Source of the DNA: an uncultured bacterium
Lineage (GTDB): Bacteria > Auribacterota > JACPWU01
Length of the DNA stretch: 32,000 nt
Assembly: GCA_964640155.1 (NCBI GenBank)
Contig: CAZXEQ010000002.1
Location: forward strand, 469,886 to 501,885
Reading direction: 5' to 3'
Positions within the stretch are counted from its first letter, which is position 1. Every line of letters begins with the position of its first letter. Under the pieces are notes generated by a model. The model was not told the DNA's origin and ran no database searches. It saw nothing but the letters and a program-made list of their open reading frames with translations. The position numbers and the translations under genes were made by a program. Below are positions 1 through 5,574 of this stretch, piece after piece.

Positions 1-701
1 AAGAGTGGACTCCTAAAAAAGGTGAAAAAGGAGCTCACCCAAATAGTCGTTTTACAGCTCCAGCTTTTCAATGCCCATCGATTAGTCCTGAATGGCAGAA
101 TCCAAAAGGAGTTCCTATCAGTGCAATTATTTTTGGAGGACGCCGTTCGAAGCTAGCACCTCTTGTATATGAATCATTGAATTGGGCTCATGGCGTTTTT
201 TTGGGAGCAACGATGGCTTCTGAGACAACAGCAGCAGCAACTGGAAAGGTCGGCATCATACGACATGATCCTATGGCTATGCTTCCATTTTGTGGATATA
301 ACATGGGGGATTATTTTGGGCACTGGCTCAACATGGGATCCAGGCTGAAGCATCCTCCTAAAATTTTTCATGTGAATTGGTTTCGTACAGATGCTCAAGG
401 GAAATTGATGTGGCCAGGATTTGGTGAGAATTTGCGTGTTATTCTTTGGATGTTGGAGAGATGTAAGGAAAAAACAAAAGGCATGCTTTCTCCCATTGGG
501 TATCTTCCAGCAGTTGATGGCATTGATATTTCAGGATTGAATATTACTTTGGGAATTTTAAAAGATTTATTGAATATTAATGTTCAAGATTGGAAAGAAG
601 AATTGAAAGATATTCGAACTTTTTTCGAAAAATTTGCAGACCATCTTCCAAACGCGTTGTGGGAAGAATATGAAGCTCTCGAAAAAAGATTATCTGAATA
701 A
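1..701 (+). CDS. pckG: Phosphoenolpyruvate carboxykinase (GTP), C-terminal part; 5' end lies outside the window
   Basis: Frame 3 is open from the window edge (codons start at nt 3): EWTPKKGEKGAHPNSRFTAPA...ISAIIFGGRRSKLAPLVYES, continuing into NWAHGVFLGATMASETTAAATGKVG..RHDPMAMLPFCGYNMGDYF. These are hallmark GTP-PEPCK motifs. Stop at 699-701. The ORF-track start at 177 is only an internal TTG. Confidence 0.9.
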   Translation, partial: EWTPKKGEKGAHPNSRFTAPAFQCPSISPEWQNPKGVPISAIIFGGRRSKLAPLVYESLNWAHGVFLGATMASETTAAATGKVGIIRHDPMAMLPFCGYNMGDYFGHWLNMGSRLKHPPKIFHVNWFRTDAQGKLMWPGFGENLRVILWMLERCKEKTKGMLSPIGYLPAVDGIDISGLNITLGILKDLLNINVQDWKEELKDIRTFFEKFADHLPNALWEEYEALEKRLSE

Positions 702-749
702 TGAGCCCTTCACTTTTTATTCTTTTTTTTTGCTATCATTATCTTATCT

Positions 750-1391
750 ATGAAACCCTCTTCTTCTGAAAAACGATACGCTATCGTTGGAATGTTTCTT
801 GTAGTTTTTCTGATAGGGATTGTTTTTGTTTTAAAATCTTTCCAACCTCATCATGTCGTTCCTTTAGAAGGAGGAAAAGTCAAAGGTCCGATTAACGCTC
901 CTGTTTGGATTCAAGAATTCAGTGATTTTCAATGCCCTTCTTGCCAGAAAGCCACTCAAATGGCTCATGAGATTTTTGATAAATATCCTGGAAAAATTCG
1001 TTTGATTTTTTATCATTTCCCTTTGATGAGAATGCATCCTTGGGCCAATCTTGCCCATCAATGTGCAGAATGCGCTTTTATTCAAGGGAAGTTCTGGCCT
1101 TATCACGATATTTTGTATGGGAAGCAATCTGACTGGGTGAGTCAGTCTAATCCTAAAGAAACATTGGTTCAATATGCTATCTCTTTGGGGATGAATGAAG
1201 CAAGCTTTCGCCAATGTGTTGATACAGGCCAAGGTGGGATTCAAGTGATGGGAGATATGCAGCGAGGGCAGTTTCAGCAAGTTGACTCGACTCCTACTTT
1301 TTTTGTGAATGGAAAGAGGATTTTGGGTGGAGTGACTTTTCAACAAGAGTTGGAGAAAACCATTCAACAGGAATTAGGAAAAAGGTCATGA
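750..1391 (+). CDS. Membrane-anchored DsbA-family thiol:disulfide oxidoreductase (thioredoxin fold, CPSC active site)
   Basis: N-terminal hydrophobic anchor (YAIVGMFLVVFLIGIVFVL). The pattern EFSDFQCPSCQK is a Cys-x-x-Cys in DsbA/thioredoxin_4-like context, with TPTFFVNGK near the C-terminus (cis-Pro loop region typical of DsbA-like proteins). Confidence 0.75.
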   Translation: MKPSSSEKRYAIVGMFLVVFLIGIVFVLKSFQPHHVVPLEGGKVKGPINAPVWIQEFSDFQCPSCQKATQMAHEIFDKYPGKIRLIFYHFPLMRMHPWANLAHQCAECAFIQGKFWPYHDILYGKQSDWVSQSNPKETLVQYAISLGMNEASFRQCVDTGQGGIQVMGDMQRGQFQQVDSTPTFFVNGKRILGGVTFQQELEKTIQQELGKRS

Positions 1392-1900
1392 TAAGTTTAT
1401 TAGCATTCACAGCTAGAGTAATGGTAGGTTTTGTTTTTGCTTACGCCGGTTTAAGTAAGCTTTTAGAACCTGTTGAAAATTTTCAAGCTATTTTAAGCAA
1501 TTACGCATTGATTCCTTCTTTTTTTGAGCCGATGATTGCACGGGTCTTACCATGGATGGAATGGATTGGAGGAAGTTTTTTAATTTTAGGGTATGCCCCT
1601 CGAAAAACTTCTTTTTTGTTGGCTTGTGTGAGTTTTACTTTTTTTATTTCTTTAACTGCTAATTTCGTTTTGAGAGGAAGTTTGATTCGAGATTGTGGAT
1701 GCTTTGGCGCAAGAGGTTTGCACTTAAGCTCAATTCAGATGCTCGCGATTGATGTTTTTAATCTTATGATTTTGACGACACTTATTTTTATTAAAAAATT
1801 TCCTTTTAGTGTAGATCAGTGGTTAAAGAAGGGGGTAGATCATCAATCTTCTACAGAAGAGAAACATTATCAGAAAATGAAGAAACATTCGAAAAAATAA
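1388..1900 (+). CDS. MauE/DoxX-like integral membrane redox protein
   Basis: Four predicted TM segments and a RDCGCFG motif (the CxCFG signature of MauE/DoxX-like proteins). Its ATG overlaps the stop of the DsbA-like gene (ATGA at 1388-1391), implying translational coupling. Confidence 0.6.
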   Translation: MISLLAFTARVMVGFVFAYAGLSKLLEPVENFQAILSNYALIPSFFEPMIARVLPWMEWIGGSFLILGYAPRKTSFLLACVSFTFFISLTANFVLRGSLIRDCGCFGARGLHLSSIQMLAIDVFNLMILTTLIFIKKFPFSVDQWLKKGVDHQSSTEEKHYQKMKKHSKK

Positions 1901-1938
1901 TCCCTATACACAATCTCTTGTCCACGAACCCCAAATAT

Positions 1939-2142
1939 TTATCCCCCTGAAACAGCTCGAACAAGTTCCAAAGAATCTCCATCTGAAAGGAGAATTTCTG
2001 TATATTCTTTTTTGGTCAATGCTTTCCCGTTGAGTTCAGCAACAACCCATTTGGAATCAAGGCCCAGTTGTTGAATAAGAGCGTCAATGGTCTGACTTGT
2101 TTTGATTTCCATTTTTTCTCCATTGACAGAGATTCTAGGCAT
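1939..2142 (-). CDS. thiS: Sulfur-carrier protein ThiS
   Basis: Small ubiquitin-like protein ending in ...LELVRAVSGG (C-terminal Gly-Gly). The likely start is MPRISVNGEKMEI at 2142, overlapping the thiH stop by 8 nt (ATGCCTAG). The longer ORF-track start at 2178 lies inside thiH. Confidence 0.85.
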   Translation of the reverse strand: MPRISVNGEKMEIKTSQTIDALIQQLGLDSKWVVAELNGKALTKKEYTEILLSDGDSLELVRAVSGG

Positions 2143-3247
2143 TGAGCGTTGCCTCCCAATCCTTCCAAACAGGTTCATACCCTGATTTATAAATCACTTG
2201 AGCAATTTCTTCGGGGGTGCGTTTGTCTTCGATTTGAAATTGTTCTTCAGCCCCTTTTGGGTTTTCATAACCACCAGGCTCTGTTCGAGAACCTGCGCTC
2301 ATTTGTGTAATTCCAAGACGCATGAGTCCATCACGTAAAGCAGGTTCTTCACGTGTTGAAAGAACTAAGCCAATATCTGGGAAAGTTAATCGAAGGGCAC
2401 AAATCAATTGTGTAAATTCTCTGTCTGAAATGGAATATTTTGGGGAAAATTCTCCCGCAGCTTCTCGAATGCGAGGAAGACTGATGGTGAGCATGGTTTT
2501 CCAGCAATTCTTAAGTAAATATTGTGCATGGGCAGCCAAACAAAGCGCATCTTTTCTCCAATCAGATAACCCCAAAAGAATTCCAATGCCAATGCGTTTC
2601 ATTCCTGCAGCGGCAGCTCTTTCAGGTGTTTCAAGCCGCCATTCATAATTTTTCTTTTTACCTGCGAGATGAACTTCGGCGTATTCTTGCTTTTGATAAG
2701 TTTCTTGATAAACCACTAATCCCTCAGCGCCAGACTCCACCCACATTTTATAAACAGCTTCTGTTTGAGGAGCAAGCTCTAGAGAAATAGAAGGGATTTC
2801 CTTGTGTAAAAGTTGAATCACTTCAGCGACATATTCAGGAGGTGTATGACGCGGGTGTTCTCCTGAAACAAGTAGCAAATGACGAAATCCTTTCTTGAGA
2901 AGAATACGTGCTTCCATTAATACTTGTTGAGGGGTTAAGGTAAGACGAGCAATTTTATTTTCTCGACTGAAACCGCAATAAGTACAAGTATCAACACATT
3001 CATTTGAAAGATAAAGGGGAGCATAAAGTTGAATGACTCGGCCAAATCGTTGTAGAGTGAGTTGATGAGAGGCATGAGCTATTTTTTCTAAATGAAAAGA
3101 AGCTCGAGGAGAAATGAGTACGGAAAAATCTTCTAAGTTTCTTTGTGATTTTTGAAGACTGCGAGTGACAGCTTCATCATTGGCAGATAAAGAACGTTCT
3201 TGAAGAAGTGATAAGGGAATACGTTCGAGTTCTTGGGTAAAGCTCAT
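2135..3247 (-). CDS. thiH: 2-iminoacetate synthase ThiH (radical SAM, tyrosine lyase)
   Basis: Radical-SAM CxxxCxxC motif (CVDTCTYCGF), ~370 aa, and position between thiG and thiS. Confidence 0.85.
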   Translation of the reverse strand: MSFTQELERIPLSLLQERSLSANDEAVTRSLQKSQRNLEDFSVLISPRASFHLEKIAHASHQLTLQRFGRVIQLYAPLYLSNECVDTCTYCGFSRENKIARLTLTPQQVLMEARILLKKGFRHLLLVSGEHPRHTPPEYVAEVIQLLHKEIPSISLELAPQTEAVYKMWVESGAEGLVVYQETYQKQEYAEVHLAGKKKNYEWRLETPERAAAAGMKRIGIGILLGLSDWRKDALCLAAHAQYLLKNCWKTMLTISLPRIREAAGEFSPKYSISDREFTQLICALRLTFPDIGLVLSTREEPALRDGLMRLGITQMSAGSRTEPGGYENPKGAEEQFQIEDKRTPEEIAQVIYKSGYEPVWKDWEATLNA

Positions 3248-3249
3248 GT

Positions 3250-4032
3250 TTATACTCTTTCAAGAAATCCTGTCAAGGGACTAGAGGCTTGAGCAATGAC
3301 TTGGGTGGATGCAAGGCCAGATTCATAAGCGAGTCTACCGGCTTCAACTCCTAATTTAAAAGCTTTTGCCATTTGAATAGGATCTTGCGCAGTTGCAATG
3401 GCAGTATTAATGAGGACTGCATCGGCTCCCATTTCCATTGCTTCGGCGGCGTCGGAAGGAGCGCCTAATCCGGCATCGATAACGACAGGAACAATGGCTT
3501 GTTCAATGATGATTTGAAGTGCTTCTTTTGTTTTAATCCCTTGATTGGATCCAATCGGAGATCCTAAAGGCATGACAGTGGCTGTTCCTACTTCGGCTAA
3601 TCTTTTCGCTAGAATGGGATCTGCATTGATATAAGGAAGGACAATAAATCCTTCTTTGACTAAAATTTCAGCTGCTTTGAGCGTTTCAATGGGGTCAGGT
3701 AAAAGATAGCGAGGATCGGGTGTAACTTCGAGTTTAATCCAATTTGAAATTTCTGCAGTACGAGCTAAACGAGCAAGTCGAACAGCTTCTTCAGCTGTTT
3801 GTGCGCCTGAAGTATTAGGAAGAAGCTGATATTTTTTCGAATCAATGAAATCTAAAATGTTTTCATGCGGTTTAGTTAAATCGACACGACGAAGGGCAAC
3901 AGTGACCAGTTCAGTCCCTGAAGCTTCTAAGGCTTGAGACATGATTTTCCCAGAAGCAAATTTCCCAGTTCCAAGTAAAAGTCTAGAAGCAAAATTTTTT
4001 CCTGCAATGGTTAAGAGATGTTCAGAGCTCAT
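3250..4032 (-). CDS. thiG: Thiazole synthase ThiG
   Basis: 260 aa with typical ThiG sequence (LLLGTGKF..., TVALRR, IKLEV.PD..YLLPD, LPY...DP..A..L...[15 protein letters not shown]). Its stop lies 2 nt upstream of the thiH start. Confidence 0.9.
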
Positions 4033-4055
4033 GAAGTCTATCCTTTAAAAGGCTT

Positions 4056-4084
4056 AATATACGCTTGAGTACAGGCATTGTCAA
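4056..4084 (-). promoter_or_regulatory. Sigma-70-type promoter for thiGHS (TTGACA-17 nt-TATATT)
   Basis: On the minus strand: TTGACA (4084-4079), a 17-nt spacer, then TATATT (4061-4056), about 24 nt upstream of the thiG ATG (4032). AAAGGA lies 8 nt before the ATG. This implies a leader of only about 15-20 nt. Confidence 0.55.
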
Positions 4085-4160
4085 TGTTGTGAGGAATAGA
4101 GTTTTATCCTGTCGATAGACATATCATACATTTGAATTGTCCAATAGAGTGTTTATCAAG

Positions 4161-4555
4161 AAAGGGTCCTGCCCAACGAATCATGATTTACGATCTTCTC
4201 TCGTACGCATTCCAGCGACCGTAAAGAGATAATATTTAGTTTTCGTTTGTTAAAGCAGGAGATGAGTTTCGAAGAGGGGTGTCTTTTCCTTCGTTGCTTA
4301 CACTCGCGTGCGATCGCTCATCATTAGGATTCGTTGGTCACCCTCATTTATTTTTATGAATTGTTCAACGGAGTGTGAAGACCATTGGAAATCGAGTGAG
4401 CGCGGACCCCGATTGATCGGGGGAACGAGATTTCCGTTGAGTTAGTTTCCCTCGCAGGGGGAAACTAACGTGTCTGAACGCTCTGTTGGACGATTCATCC
4501 ATACGAGACAGTCTAAGACGCTAGAGTGAGTGATGAAAGTTGTGCAGGACCCTTT
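4161..4555 (+). ncRNA. Candidate large structured RNA (unclassified), plus strand, antisense in orientation to both neighbouring genes
   Basis: There is no ORF of 60 aa or more in 4033-4573 on either strand, and the region is visibly GC-richer than its flanks.

Nested helices read directly from the sequence:
- 4161-4172/4544-4555: 12 bp, extendable by 2.
- 4173-4182/4328-4337: 10 bp, perfect.
- 4183-4187/4320-4324.
- 4191-4195/4312-4316.
- 4203-4208/4306-4311.
- 4214-4219/4293-4298.
- 4358-4376/4478-4496: 19 bp.

The non-Watson-Crick positions in these helices are G-U on the plus strand and would be A-C on the minus strand. The closing helix is followed by TTTTTCTAT on the plus strand. Confidence 0.45.
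4358..4496 (+). repeat. Three-way-junction module, copy 1 (embedded in the 4161-4555 element)
   Basis: Structure read from the sequence:
- P1: 4358-4376/4478-4496.
- Tandem G-A/A-G at 4377-4378/4476-4477.
- 4379-4382/4472-4475.
- P2: 4387-4393/4429-4435.
- CCCCGA...TCGGGG hairpin at 4407-4422.
- P3 hairpin: 4441-4451/4459-4469.

Shares conserved sequence blocks with 8980-9116. Confidence 0.55.
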
Positions 4556-4573
4556 TTCTATGAACAATGGTCA

Positions 4574-5350
4574 TTACTGGGTGTTCAGATCTACCCTTAA
4601 AGCCTTTTCAAATTCAAGGCGAACGGTGTTCGTAAGTTTATCAAATTCATTCATTTGAAAAACAGAAGTATCAATGGGGGGAAGCACTCGAAGAGAGCCA
4701 GAAACTTTGGCGCTGAAAATCCAATCTCCTTTGGGGATGGCGTCTCTTGTTCCTGTGATAACAATGGGAAGAATCGGTCTCTTCTCTTTGAGGGCCAACT
4801 TGAAAGCCCCATATTGGAAGAGATTCATTTCATTTGTATGGCTTCGTGTCCCTTCAGGAAAGAAGATGACAGACATGCCTGCTCTGAGATATTCTGCTGC
4901 TTCACGATAAATTTTCTTGATGCTTCCATAATTACCTCGTTCAAGTTGAATATGTTTGATGAGTCTTAAGCACCATCCAACCAGCGGGAGTTTAAAGAGA
5001 TCGCTTTTGGCAACCCATTTAAACTGCATTTTTGTTTTGTATAGGACAATGATGTCGGCCAGGCTTTGATGATTTGCGACCACAACATAAGTTTCTTTGT
5101 GATCAATATTCTCGAGCCCTGTGACTTTTAGTTTCCAATAAGGATTTAATCTGATAATGGTGCTGGCCCACCAATAACATTGTTGGTGGGTTACTCTTTT
5201 TTGTTTGTCGAAGGGGCATAAAATGATGGTCAGAAAGAGTACAACAAGGAACAAAATGAATGTCGTAAGAACAAAAAGGGACCAAATAATAAGGGATAAC
5301 AGTCCCTCTTTGAATCTGGGTTTTCTTTTCCCTTCTACTTCAGTAGACAT
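4574..5350 (-). CDS. plsC: 1-acyl-sn-glycerol-3-phosphate acyltransferase family protein
   Basis: N-terminal TM segment, acyltransferase motif I (ANHQSLADI, i.e. NHxxxxD) and motif III (FPEGTRS). Confidence 0.75.
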   Translation of the reverse strand: MSTEVEGKRKPRFKEGLLSLIIWSLFVLTTFILFLVVLFLTIILCPFDKQKRVTHQQCYWWASTIIRLNPYWKLKVTGLENIDHKETYVVVANHQSLADIIVLYKTKMQFKWVAKSDLFKLPLVGWCLRLIKHIQLERGNYGSIKKIYREAAEYLRAGMSVIFFPEGTRSHTNEMNLFQYGAFKLALKEKRPILPIVITGTRDAIPKGDWIFSAKVSGSLRVLPPIDTSVFQMNEFDKLTNTVRLEFEKALRVDLNTQ

Positions 5351-5574
5351 ATCGCTCTCTTTTCTGATCGATTAAGAAAATTCTTGCTAAGAATATATAC
5401 TTTTCTTGTAAAAGAAGAGTATAATTATTTTATATGTTCTCCTTATTGAACTTTTTGTTCATGCAGTTTAGGGGGCTTTTTCAGTCAGGGGAGATCTTCC
5501 CATTTTTTCTTTTTTCTTCTTCTTGTCCTTTCCATTCTGATGTTCATTCTCAATTCCAAATCGGGAGGTAGGTT

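Noticed and set aside
864-1367. Long antisense or shadow ORFs in the six-frame track. Examples: 864-1367 (-), 2322-2648 (+), 2524-2790 (+), 4655-4969 (+), 8361-8642 (-), 9263-9523 (+), 19300-19758 (-), 26757-27098 (+), 16466-16804 (-).
   Set aside because: Each lies entirely within, and opposite to or out of frame with, a much longer ORF that has clear family motifs. Their translations are low-complexity or lack any recognisable motif or RBS.
4033-4260. TPP riboswitch expected upstream of thiG. The plus-strand fragment GCATTCCAGCGACC vaguely recalls the THI-box AUGCCAGCG.
   Set aside because: That fragment is on the wrong strand for thiG. No CUGAGA or ACCUGAUC partner elements are present on either strand. 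The predicted thiG promoter leaves no room for a riboswitch.
4310-4317. GCGATCGC palindrome (identical to the cyanobacterial HIP1 motif), also seen at about 31874-31881.
   Set aside because: I noticed only two exact copies in 32 kb. Gene content and AT-richness do not suggest a cyanobacterium. Here it simply forms part of the helices of the structured element.
4358-4496. Integron attC-like ends: GTTCAAC (4363-4369, fits RYYYAAC) and GTTGGAC (4485-4491, fits GTTRRRY) within an imperfect long palindrome.
   Set aside because: There is no integrase or cassette array in the window. The second copy (8980-9116) has no such core sites. The two motifs are simply complementary parts of one helix, so only one degenerate 7-mer match is independent, which is compatible with chance.
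4161-4555. Possible identity of the structured element with RNase P RNA, tmRNA, SRP RNA or 6S RNA. The length of ~395 nt and the long-range helix AAAGGGUCCUGC/GCAGGACCCUUU are superficially reminiscent of RNase P P4.
   Set aside because: The near-universal RNase P blocks GGAAAGUCC and ACAGAAnCCGGCUUA are absent on both strands. There is no tRNA-like T-arm or CCA end as in tmRNA. There is no GGAAGCAGCC-type SRP domain IV. The architecture is not a single rod with a central bubble as in 6S RNA. This is memory-based pattern matching only, so a cmsearch is still required.
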